Source of the DNA: Perkinsus chesapeaki ATCC PRA-425
Taxonomy: Eukaryota > Protista > Perkinsozoa
DNA length: 64,000 nt
Direction of reading: 5' to 3'
Assembly: GCA_013115145.1 (NCBI GenBank)
Contig: JAAPAO010000015.1
Coordinates: 77,820 to 141,819 of the forward strand
Below, piece after piece: positions 11,490 through 21,700 of this stretch; the stretch's first letter is position 1; each line of letters starts with the position of its first letter. The notes under the pieces were generated by a model that saw only the letters and a program-made list of their open reading frames with translations, searched no databases and was not told the DNA's origin. The position numbers were made by a program, and so were the translations under genes.

Positions 11490-14400
11490 ATGTCATCTTC
11501 TGCCCCCAATAGAGCCATCGTTGTTGGCGGGGGTCTCGCTGGTTTCACTGCGGCCAACACCATCCTCGAGGCTGGTGGCCGAGTATTACTTATTGATAAA
11601 TCTGCGTTCTGTGGAGGCAACTCTTCCAAGGCCACTTCGGGTATCAACGGTGCCGTGACGAAGACACAGAAGGCCTTAAATGTTCAGGATTCCAATGAAC
11701 TTTTTGAATCAGACTGTATGAAGGGTGGCGCCAAGCATCCCGAACTTGTCAAGGTTATGGTTGAGAACTCCGGCTCCTCTGTAGACTGGTTGATGGACAA
11801 CTTCGACCTGGACCTATCTCTCCTTGCTCGCCTCGGTGGTCACTCTGTCGAGCGTACTCATCGTGGTAAGGAAAGGTTCCCTGGTATGACCATCACCTAC
11901 GCTGAGATCCAAATGGCCGAGGCTATCGCCAAGAAGTTCCCTGATAGGTGCGAGATCTTGAACAAGTGCAGGGCAACCAAGTTGCTAACTACCCCCAACG
12001 GTGACGTCAACGGTGTGCAGTACACAACTAGGAAGGGTGACGTTATCGAGGAGTACGGCCCTGTTATTCTTGCTACTGGTGGCTTTGGTGCCGATTTCTC
12101 GGAATCCGGCATTCTCGCCAAGGTCCGCCCCGATCTACTTAAGCTGTCGACTACTAATGGTGAGCACTGCACTGGTGATGGCATTAAGATGGGCCAGGCC
12201 ATCGGTGCTCAGACAGTCGATTTGGACTTCGTCCAGGTTCACCCCACTGGCTTAGTCAACCCCAAGGATCCCGATGCTAAGGTGAAGTTCCTTGCCGCTG
12301 AGGCCCTTAGGGGTGTAGGTGGCATTCTCTTGGATGCGAATGGAAAGAGGTTCGTTAATGAGCTCCATCGTCGTGACTACGTCTCCAATACTATGTTCAA
12401 GAACAAGGCTCCTTTCCGTCTCGTCCTCAACAGCAAGTCCGCTGAAGAGATCCATTGGCATTGTGAGCATTACAAGGGCCGAGGTGTTATGAAGGAGTTC
12501 AAGACTGGTCGTGATTTAGCTAAGGAGATGGGTATCAGCCCTTCTGTGTTGGAGCAGACCTTCAAGGAGTACAACGAGATTATGAAGAAGCAAGTCAACG
12601 ACCCTAACGGTGGTCCTTATGATGCCTACCCCTCTGGCAAGACCTACGATCCTTTCGGCAAGAAGTTCTTCAAGGACTACCCAATGTCTATCGACGACAC
12701 CTTCCAGGTCGCCATTGTTACCCCTCTGGTTCACTACACCATGGGTGGTCTGAAGATCAACACTTTCGGTCAAGTCCTTGGTCCCAAGGACAAGCCTATC
12801 AAGGGTCTCTATGCTGCTGGTGAGGTTATGGGAGGCGTCCACGGCAACAACAGGCTTGGTGGTAACTCTTTGCTGGACTGTGTTGCCTATGGGCGTGTCA
12901 CTGGTAAGCATCTGGCCTCTAACGTCCTCAAGTTGAAGGCTGATGATGCTGTTCCACTGAAGGACCTTAAGGAGGGTCGCACCGCACCTAATGTTCGCGC
13001 CATCGTCGTAGGCGGTGGTTTGGCTGGATTCTCCGCGGCTAATACTATCTTGGAGAATGGTGGTAGTGTTATCTTGCTTGATAAGTCTGCCTTCTGCGGT
13101 GGGAACTCCTCTAAGGCTACTTCTGGTATTAATGGTGCTTGCACCAAGACTCAGAAGGCTCTTGGCGTCAAGGATTCCAATGAGCTCTTCTATAATGACT
13201 GCATGAAGGGTGGTGCTAAGCATCCTCATCTGGTCAAGGCCATGGTCGACAACTCTGGTGCCTCTGTCAACTGGTTGATGGACAACTTTGACTTGGATCT
13301 TTCTCTCCTTGCTCGCCTCGGTGGTCACTCTGCTGAGCGTACTCATCGTGGTAAGGAAAGGTTCCCTGGTATGACCATCACCTATGCTGAGATCCAAATG
13401 GCCGAGGCTATCGCCAAGAAGTTCCCTGATAGATGCCAGATCGTGAATAAGGCCCGTGTCACCGAGTTGCTTACCGACTCTCAGGGCACTGTTGTTGGCT
13501 GCAAATATACCGACAAGAAGGGCCAAGTTCATGAGGAGAAGGGTCCCGTCATCCTCGCCACTGGTGGCTTTGGTGCTGATTTTTCTCCTGATGGCATTTT
13601 GGCCAAGGTCCGTCCTGATCTCTTGAAGTTGGCCACCACCAACGGTGAGCACTGTACCGGTGATGGCATCAAGATGGGCATGGCCGTTGGCGCTCAGACT
13701 GTCGATCTTGAGTTTGTCCAGGTTCACCCCACTGGGTTGGTCAACCCTAAGGACCCCGATACTAAGGTCAAGTTCTTGGCTGCGGAGGCACTTCGCGGTG
13801 TAGGTGGTATTCTGCTCGATGCTGATGGAAAGAGGTTCGTCAACGAGCTCCACCGTCGTGACTATGTCTCTAACACCATGTTCAAGAACAAGGGTCCCTT
13901 CCGTCTTGTGTTGAACTCTTCTTCATCCGAGGAGATTCACTGGCATTGTGAGCACTATAAGGGTCGCGGTGTCATGAAGGAGTTTGCTAGTGCTAATGCT
14001 CTCGCTCAGGAGATGGGGATCAACCCTTCTGTCCTGGACCAGACCTTCAAGGAGTACAACGCCATCATGAAGAAGCAGATCGACGATCCGGACAACGGCC
14101 CATATGATGCTTATCCAAGCGGCAAGACCCACGATCCCTTCGGCAAGAAGTTCTTCAAGCCCTATCCTATGAAGATGGATGACCACTTCAATGTCGCCAT
14201 TGTCACCCCATTGATCCATTACACCATGGGTGGCCTTAAGATTGATGATCACGGCCGTGTTCTCGCCGAGGGTGATAAGCCAATCCCGGGTCTCTACGCT
14301 GCTGGTGAGCTTATGGGTGGTGTCCATGGCAACAACCGTCTTGGTGGTAACTCCCTGCTAGACTGCGTGGTCTATGGCCGCCTTACTGGCAAGGACTGCG

Positions 14401-17400
14401 CTAAGTACATGCTGAAGGGTAAGACTAAGCCTGTCCCTCTGAAGTCTCTGAAGCAGGGCCTCACCAAGGATGTCAAGACGGTTATTGTTGTCGGTGGTGG
14501 TCTGGCCGGTTTCTCTGCAGCTAACACTGTCTTAGAGAAAGGTGGTCAAGTTCTGTTGCTCGACAAATCTGCCTTCTGCGGTGGTAACTCGTCTAAGGCT
14601 ACTTCGGGTATCAATGGCGCCAACACCAAGACTCAGAAGGCTCTCGGTGTGAAGGACTCTAACGAGCTCTTCTACTCCGATTGCATGAAGGGTGGTGCTA
14701 AGAAGCCCGATCTTGTCAACGCTATGGTTGAGAACTCTGGTACCTCTGTTAACTGGTTGATGGACAACTTCGACTTGGACCTATCCCTCCTTGCCCGCCT
14801 CGGTGGTCACTCTGTTGAGCGTACTCATCGTGGTAAGGAAAGGTTCCCTGGTATGACCATCACCTACGCTGAGATCCAAATGGCCGAGGCTATCGCCAAG
14901 AACCATCCTGATAAGTGCAAGATAATGAACAAGGCTCGTGTCACCAAGTTGCTTACCGGTGATGATGGCTCTGTTACCGGCGTTGTTTATGAGACTAAGG
15001 ATGGCCAGAAGCATGAGGCCTATGGTCCTGTTATTCTCGCTACTGGTGGTTTCGGTGCCGACTTCTCTCCTGATGGTATCCTGGCTAAGGTTCGCCCTGA
15101 CTTGCTGGGTCTTTCTACTACCAACGGCGAGCACTGCACTGGTGATGGTATCAAGATGGGAATGGAGGTTGGAGCTGATACCCTTGACTTGGAGTTTGTT
15201 CAAGTTCATCCTACTGGTTTGGTCAACCCTAAGGACCCCAATTCCAAGGTGAAGTTCCTTGCCGCTGAAGCCCTTAGGGGTGTAGGTGGTATTCTCTTGG
15301 ACGCTGATGGAAACCGGTTTGTTAATGAGCTCCATCGTCGTGACTACGTCTCCAACACTATGTTCAAGAACAAGGCTCCCTTCCGTCTCGTCCTCAACAG
15401 CAAGTCCGCTGAAGAGATCCATTGGCATTGTGAGCACTACAAGGGCCGAGGTGTTATGAAGGAGTTTGCTACCGGCGCCGACTTGGCTAAGGAGATGGGC
15501 ATCCCTACTTCGAAGCTCGAGCAGACCTTCAAGACCTATAATGAGGTTATGCAAAAGCAGTTGAAGGATCCTGATGGAGGCCCGTATGATGCCTATCCCT
15601 CTGGCAAGACCTACGATCCGTTTGGCAAGAAGTTCTTCAAGGACTATCCTATGTCTGTCAACGACACCTTCCAGGTCGCCGTGGTCACTCCTTTGGTTCA
15701 CTACACCATGGGCGGCTTAACCATTGACACCAAGGGTCGTGTTCTTGACAAGAAGGGTCAGCCTATCAAGGGTCTTTATGCTGCTGGTGAGGTTATGGGA
15801 GGCGTCCACGGCAACAACAGGCTTGGTGGTAACTCTCTACTGGATTGTGTTGTCTATGGCCGCCTTACTGGTGCGGACTGTGCCAACTACGCCGGTGCTG
15901 ACGAGCCTGTAAGCCTCAAGCAGCTGAAGAGCACTACCACTGCTGTTGCTGCTCCACCTGCCGCTCCGGCCAAGGCCGCCCCTAAGCCCGCTCCTGTAGC
16001 TGCCCCGGCTCCCGTAGCTGCTCCTTCAGGTCCTGCTCCTATCACCATGGCTGATGTGGCCAAGCACAACACCAAGGACGACTGCTGGGTGGTTATCAAC
16101 GGTGACATCCTCAATGTGACCGACTTCCTTCCCGATCATCCCGGTGGAGATCTCGCTATTATGACTTTCGCTGGTAGAGATGCCACGACTGAGTTCAACA
16201 TGATTCACCCGCCGGATGTGATTGAGAAGTACGCTCCTGATGCTATCATCGGTCAGGTTGGTGTGGCCCCTGCTGGTGGTGCTCCGGCTGCAGCTGCCCC
16301 CGCGGCCGCAGCAGCTCCTGCCGCTGGTGGTGGTATTACTATGGACGAAGTGGCTAAGCACAATACTAAGGATGACTGCTGGGTTGTTATCAATGGTGAT
16401 GTTCTTAACGTTACGGAGTTCCTTCCTGACCATCCTGGTGGAGACCTTGCTATTATGACTTTCGCTGGTCGCGACGCCTCCAACGAGTTCAATATGATCC
16501 ACCCGCCAGATGTTATTGAGAAGTATGCTCCGGAGGCTGTCATCGGTCAAGTTGGTACTGGTGCCCCTGCCGCAGCCCCGGCTGCTGGCGCCCCTGCTGC
16601 TCCTGTCCCGGCCAATGGTAAGACTATGGAAGAGGTCGCCAAGCACAACAAGAGAGAAGATTGCTGGGTTGTTATTAATGGCCAGGTCCTCGATGTCACG
16701 GAGTTCCTTCCTGATCATCCTGGTGGAGATCTGGCTATCCTGACCTTCGCTGGTCGTGACGCTACCAATGAGTTCAACATGATTCATCCGCCGGATGTCA
16801 TTGAGAAATATGCTCCGGAGGCTGTCATTGGACCTGTTGTGCAAGCCACTGCTCAACCGGCGGCTCCGGCTGCTGCTGGTGGACTCACTCAACCTCTTCT
16901 TGCCGACCCGAGGGTCGCCAAAGAACAATGGTGGGGTGAGGACCGCAACACTGCTGTTATGCATGGACCATTGGGAGAGTCCGTCTACTCTTATTGTGCT
17001 GGTGTTGTCTATTTCGCCTGGTTGCTCATTCTAGAGACATTGAAGACTATCTTTACTGTCAAGAACTACAAGGTTATTCATGACAAGTCTGGATTGACTA
17101 GATCCGCTATGTTCTTGATTGTTTTCGTGATTATTCACGGCCTTGGTAATCTTCACTGTTTCTTTGGTCCAGATCACTTCAATGGTTATGCCTACTTCCT
17201 CAACCATCCGTGCCCCTGGAGTACTCTTCTTCTTCCAGTTGAGATCTATCTTCTCGCTGCTGGGCTGCTCCACGTAACGGTTGGTCTTGTCCGTACCTAC
17301 AAGTTCAAGACTATCAATACGGCATTCGACCAACTGTGGCTTATTACGACTGGGGTTGTCCTTCTGGTGTTCTTGATCGTGCACTTGATACAGTTCCGCC

Positions 17401-17792
17401 TCGTCTCTGAGGCCGCCGCCCCCCAGTATTACTTCCGCGCTAAGTGGATGTATCCCTTCTTCTGCGACAAGGATGACACTTCGTGTGCTGTGGTTCACTT
17501 CAAGGATCTTTACAAGATGGAATTCCAGATCTTCGAGAGCTTAGGTTGGGTCTGCTTCTATCTTGTTGGTGTTATGTCTTTCATTCTCCACGTGAAGGAG
17601 GGTCTGAGGAAGGTCATTGCTGCTCATCCGGCAGTCCCAAGGAAGTACAAGGGCAGGACAACTACCATTGCCAATCTCGTTGTGACGTTCATTGGTCTAA
17701 TCTACTTGTCCTATCCCATCTTCTGCTACTTCGCCCCCGTCAAGAGCTGGAAGAAGTATGATGAAGAGATGATTCAGCCTGGTACGCCCTAG
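11490..17792 (+). CDS. Intronless 2100-aa fusion: 3x fumarate reductase flavoprotein (Osm1/flavocytochrome c type) + 3x cytochrome b5 + C-terminal SdhC/cytochrome b558-like membrane domain
   Basis: Three roughly 495-aa repeats each carrying IVVGGGLAG, GGNSSKATSGING, VILATGGF, VQVHPT, NELHRRDYVS, HYTMGG and GNNRLGGNSLLDC. Three b5 units (VAKHN..DCWVVING...DHPGG...MIHP) at about 16041, 16335 and 16620. A TM region at about 17090-17730 with FVIIHGLGNL, LLHVTVG, LIVHLIQF and FILHVKEG. Confidence 0.93.
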   Translation: MSSSAPNRAIVVGGGLAGFTAANTILEAGGRVLLIDKSAFCGGNSSKATSGINGAVTKTQKALNVQDSNELFESDCMKGGAKHPELVKVMVENSGSSVDWLMDNFDLDLSLLARLGGHSVERTHRGKERFPGMTITYAEIQMAEAIAKKFPDRCEILNKCRATKLLTTPNGDVNGVQYTTRKGDVIEEYGPVILATGGFGADFSESGILAKVRPDLLKLSTTNGEHCTGDGIKMGQAIGAQTVDLDFVQVHPTGLVNPKDPDAKVKFLAAEALRGVGGILLDANGKRFVNELHRRDYVSNTMFKNKAPFRLVLNSKSAEEIHWHCEHYKGRGVMKEFKTGRDLAKEMGISPSVLEQTFKEYNEIMKKQVNDPNGGPYDAYPSGKTYDPFGKKFFKDYPMSIDDTFQVAIVTPLVHYTMGGLKINTFGQVLGPKDKPIKGLYAAGEVMGGVHGNNRLGGNSLLDCVAYGRVTGKHLASNVLKLKADDAVPLKDLKEGRTAPNVRAIVVGGGLAGFSAANTILENGGSVILLDKSAFCGGNSSKATSGINGACTKTQKALGVKDSNELFYNDCMKGGAKHPHLVKAMVDNSGASVNWLMDNFDLDLSLLARLGGHSAERTHRGKERFPGMTITYAEIQMAEAIAKKFPDRCQIVNKARVTELLTDSQGTVVGCKYTDKKGQVHEEKGPVILATGGFGADFSPDGILAKVRPDLLKLATTNGEHCTGDGIKMGMAVGAQTVDLEFVQVHPTGLVNPKDPDTKVKFLAAEALRGVGGILLDADGKRFVNELHRRDYVSNTMFKNKGPFRLVLNSSSSEEIHWHCEHYKGRGVMKEFASANALAQEMGINPSVLDQTFKEYNAIMKKQIDDPDNGPYDAYPSGKTHDPFGKKFFKPYPMKMDDHFNVAIVTPLIHYTMGGLKIDDHGRVLAEGDKPIPGLYAAGELMGGVHGNNRLGGNSLLDCVVYGRLTGKDCAKYMLKGKTKPVPLKSLKQGLTKDVKTVIVVGGGLAGFSAANTVLEKGGQVLLLDKSAFCGGNSSKATSGINGANTKTQKALGVKDSNELFYSDCMKGGAKKPDLVNAMVENSGTSVNWLMDNFDLDLSLLARLGGHSVERTHRGKERFPGMTITYAEIQMAEAIAKNHPDKCKIMNKARVTKLLTGDDGSVTGVVYETKDGQKHEAYGPVILATGGFGADFSPDGILAKVRPDLLGLSTTNGEHCTGDGIKMGMEVGADTLDLEFVQVHPTGLVNPKDPNSKVKFLAAEALRGVGGILLDADGNRFVNELHRRDYVSNTMFKNKAPFRLVLNSKSAEEIHWHCEHYKGRGVMKEFATGADLAKEMGIPTSKLEQTFKTYNEVMQKQLKDPDGGPYDAYPSGKTYDPFGKKFFKDYPMSVNDTFQVAVVTPLVHYTMGGLTIDTKGRVLDKKGQPIKGLYAAGEVMGGVHGNNRLGGNSLLDCVVYGRLTGADCANYAGADEPVSLKQLKSTTTAVAAPPAAPAKAAPKPAPVAAPAPVAAPSGPAPITMADVAKHNTKDDCWVVINGDILNVTDFLPDHPGGDLAIMTFAGRDATTEFNMIHPPDVIEKYAPDAIIGQVGVAPAGGAPAAAAPAAAAAPAAGGGITMDEVAKHNTKDDCWVVINGDVLNVTEFLPDHPGGDLAIMTFAGRDASNEFNMIHPPDVIEKYAPEAVIGQVGTGAPAAAPAAGAPAAPVPANGKTMEEVAKHNKREDCWVVINGQVLDVTEFLPDHPGGDLAILTFAGRDATNEFNMIHPPDVIEKYAPEAVIGPVVQATAQPAAPAAAGGLTQPLLADPRVAKEQWWGEDRNTAVMHGPLGESVYSYCAGVVYFAWLLILETLKTIFTVKNYKVIHDKSGLTRSAMFLIVFVIIHGLGNLHCFFGPDHFNGYAYFLNHPCPWSTLLLPVEIYLLAAGLLHVTVGLVRTYKFKTINTAFDQLWLITTGVVLLVFLIVHLIQFRLVSEAAAPQYYFRAKWMYPFFCDKDDTSCAVVHFKDLYKMEFQIFESLGWVCFYLVGVMSFILHVKEGLRKVIAAHPAVPRKYKGRTTTIANLVVTFIGLIYLSYPIFCYFAPVKSWKKYDEEMIQPGTP

Positions 17793-19486
17793 AGGAATGA
17801 TAAGATTTTTTCCTACGATGCAAATGTGTCTCTGTAGTTGAATATGCAGAGAAGAATGATGGATGACTATGATTAACTGATGGTCCAGATACCATCTGTC
17901 TACTTTATCTTATGTAGCACATCTCACTAGAATATTCGCCTATTACTTGATGTTATTGCGTTGTCAGTCGAGAAAGTCCTACCAGTGCAGTATTCATAAT
18001 ACCGCGGAACAGTATTGCGTCCCTAAGGTGCCGGCTGGTCCCATTCTAATCGGGTAGTGGAGTAGCAAGTGTTGTGACCAGGGTGAGTTGCTCGATTGAC
18101 AAGCGTGACACTACGCTCTACTCTATTAGTAACACTTAGTAGTAATCTATTGGGTGAGCCAGCCGTAACTAGCAGAATGAACTGGACGCTAGCGACAGGC
18201 CTGGAGCGTTATCACGCAATGATGGAAAGAGAGACAACTTTCACGCACGCAGCTGCATGGCAACTTTTGGGTACACTGTAAACAAACCCGACCCACCTGT
18301 CAACCCTTTTGTTCAAACGAATACAACACTAGATGTCTCTGGAGAGTGGAGAGCCGTTACACGGAAGCGAGAAGACTGCGAACCGTAGCGGGGCCAAAAT
18401 AGATCCCGGACAGTGCGAGACCATGGAGGGACTTATCGGCACACATACGATCTCCCGTCACCTTACGTTGGTCGAATTCTGTTCGGCTTCGTGGAGCTAA
18501 GAGTTTATGGGGTTCTCCCGCGTAGCCGTGCAAGCATGTACTATAGACTGCATTGTGCCCCGCCTGACCCATTTGGCTCGCTATATTTGTCTCGGTACAG
18601 CTACGAGCATCTGCTACTAGCAGACTCCCTGCTCAGCTTCGGTTAGGTGGTGAGTGCTTTATTCCGTTTGGCAGTGAAGTTGCTAACAACAGGAGTTTCG
18701 CCATTTGCTTGGACGAGAGCGGAGGTTTGGCTCTTCCCCAGTTGTTTTTGAGACCCTCCGCTATAGTATCACGGTGTGGTAGAGATTGACGAACTCTTGC
18801 TGCTCAATCTTCGGGGATCTGATGGGTATTATTTACGTCCTAACTATGTGGGCGGAAGTGAAACACAGTCGCACAAGATCACTGACCTTGTGGCACAAGG
18901 CTTGTGCGAGCAGGTGTACTGCCACGGCAGCTTCTAAACAGAAACTGTAGCCATTCCTCATCATCAGAACCGTAGTGTTCGCAGAACGGTACGCTTATTA
19001 TATGAAGGAATGGTCACACCGTGGGTAATCGCAGAAACGTGAGAGAAATGGTTGAAGCCCAAGGAGAGATTTAAGGAACTTAGGCACGTGGTCACATGTC
19101 ATGACTTGACTGATACCGGACTGCCATGAAAATCCCTTCAGCTTTTCGCAAAAGCATAACCGACTTACTCCGTAACTGAGACAGAACTTGCTAAGACATG
19201 AACTCTTCGAGTCTCGTACGATGATCTTTATGATTGACACCCTGCGTTATGAGTGCTAGTGTTTTCGTTGTGGTATCCAACAATACATAAAAGAAGCTTC
19301 TCACGCGGCAATCACTTATAACTAAACTGAATTCTGGTATTGAATTCAGAACTCACATACATCAGGAAGCTCAGTGGTTATTATTCAGCGAGTTGTTACT
19401 ATTGGCCAAGGTCACCTTGACTAAAGCAATAGAAATCATTCACTTGACTAAGGTAACACAAACAGAGAGCGGATGGAAAATGGTTA

Positions 19487-20532
19487 TCAAATGTGGGGTA
19501 ACAGATTTGCAGCAAGCATGCATCGAGCGCTGCCACCCGATATCTCAATCGTTTCCAAAGGTACTGAGACAACCTTGACGTGCTTGTTGAGAGATGAGAG
19601 CTGTTCTCGGGTTAAACACGAAAATGCTGTTTCCGACATGACCAACCGGCGGACACCATCGCTACCTGTGAGCTCAAACGCATTGCCAGCGAACTTGTCA
19701 ATCTGTGCCAACGTTAAGAGAATGACCTCCTTCTGTGTGTCCTTCAACTTTGCCAACACGCGCGCTTTCTCATTTGCGTCTCTCACCGCATCTAGGCAGA
19801 CAAGCGCAAACTCTGTACCCAAAGTTAGCATCACGTTGGTGTGGTAAATGCAGACCCCTCGTCCATCCACCGCAGAGAAGGGCACGATCTCAAAGTTAGA
19901 AAAGTGCTCCGACCATCTCTGAATGGCATCCTTGGTGGCTCTCTTCGACACTGCGACATAGACGGCTCGGTTGGGATTATCGAACACCAGTGCACCGGTT
20001 CCCTCCAAGAATGCGTCGGAGTCTTCTAGTGTGGTCAAGTCGACTTCTCGCTTGACAACGTAGCCCGAATCCTGCAGTTCCCTAATCAGTTTCTCGAGAA
20101 GCCCACGCTCTCGGCGGCGGGATAAGGCGAGCATTGGGTAGATGGCAAGCGTGCCATCAGCATGGGTTGTGAACCAGTTATTTGGGAATACTGCATCTGG
20201 TTTGGGAGGATCAGCTTCATCCTGGACCACAGTAACTTGAACCTGCATCATGAGATATGAGCAGCTTATCAGCGCTTGTTAAGCACGAAAATAAGTACGT
20301 GTTCAACGAAAAGAAGGTCAACCCGTTCGATCGATCGATAAGCTCTCACTTTGACGGTCTCCCGAAGAACTCTGACGAAGTTGTCAAATTCATTCTGGGC
20401 TTTTTTGAGGAGTCCAGCGCGATTAACTCCGACATCGGTCTGAAAACCATTGTCGAGCGCTGTCTCAGGGTTCGAATAAAACACAGCAGGGCGGACCATA
20501 ATGACGGCCGATGGCGCCTGCCGAGGCAGCAT
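19487..20532 (-). CDS. ctlX: Amidinotransferase superfamily protein, CtlX (citrulline utilization hydrolase)-like, one intron
   Basis: VIMVRPAVFYSNPETALDNGFQ, PDAVFPNNWF, AIYPM, FLEGTGALVFD, IYHTNVML, DKFAGNAFEL, IEISGGSARCML; intron joins VLRETVK|VQVTVVQD. Confidence 0.82.
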
Positions 20533-21700
20533 TCTCAAAAACGCTGAAAATAAAGCGTCATGGTGAGTAGTGACGAGTAATTCACACGGTGTAGTTATAA
20601 AGAGCTCGTTTAATAATAGTCAAGAAAATTTGGTTAGCCGAAGTGTGCATGAAAAACCATTACTCTCTCGGCAAAGGGCCTCCTCGTCTTTCCTTTAAAG
20701 CGACGCGTAAATCTACTGCAAATAATATATCCAGTGACTTGCATCGACAAGTGCTCACATCATTATCTACCCCAGCGGAGATTTTATTCTAGTGCCACCG
20801 AACACTGATTCTTGGCTGTTTCCTCCACTGCCTATACAAAGGCAGTCATGCACCTTGCCCATGCCCGACATCGCACAGTCCAATGGGACCGTGTTTACCA
20901 ATCGTCCTTGTTTGCCCGGTAATCTATCGCACATCACTGGCATTATACCAGTCATTAGAAAGTCGAGTGAGAACTGTGGACCTCCATAATATCAAAATGC
21001 TGAAGAGTCCGGGACAAATATAGATGTGCGCTTGCGTGCAGATGAACGCATGTACAACGCAAGTATCAAGCATATCCACATTCTTTAACCCCATATTGCT
21101 GAACAAGTGTGCTAATTGCTGTCTCTTATCTGACAATTATGAATCCCAAAGTGAAAGAAGTTACTCGCTTAATCCAACCTCACGCTCACGCCTGAAGCCA
21201 ACTTCCGCACGAAATTCGTTGGAAAATCTTAGTGGGATCTTGCGCACCTAAGATCGCAATCGACAATTGGCTGGATTGGACTCCTTGAAGTAAAGATCAG
21301 TCGTATCTGAACTCGGAGCTTGCACTATAGCCTACCTGAAGGCGATTACGGAATCGATGCTGTGTATCTGCAAGTTGGAGCCTGAATCCAGTGCTAGCCA
21401 CAACTTGGCAGTTTCCAGTTGACACTAAAGTATGTGGAATCGTTCCTTTAGCCGCCCTATTTATTGAACAACTTCACAGGCATCACTCCTGAAAGATAAA
21501 TCTTGACAATCTTAATTGTGCGTAAATTTCAACTTCAATTTTCAGGCTTTTCTTCATTCAAAAAGCCTTTCTCAGCTTTCGGTCTCGGGGCCGATTTTGA
21601 AGTAGCCTTGAGTTGATCGGGCGTCTGTAGAACACCTCCAATATCTGCACTCCACTGCAGCCACTTGTGCTATATTTCCTCCTCCTATATTGGAGTACTA

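Noticed and set aside
11897-17498. Long antisense ORFs (for example 12516..13853, 14781..15701, 16026..16964)
   Set aside because: Shadow frames caused by the strong codon bias of the FRD fusion on the + strand.
20600-21660. Short - strand ORFs (20767..20955, 20924..21136)
   Set aside because: No recognisable motif or consistent exon chain; may be a gene but cannot be supported.
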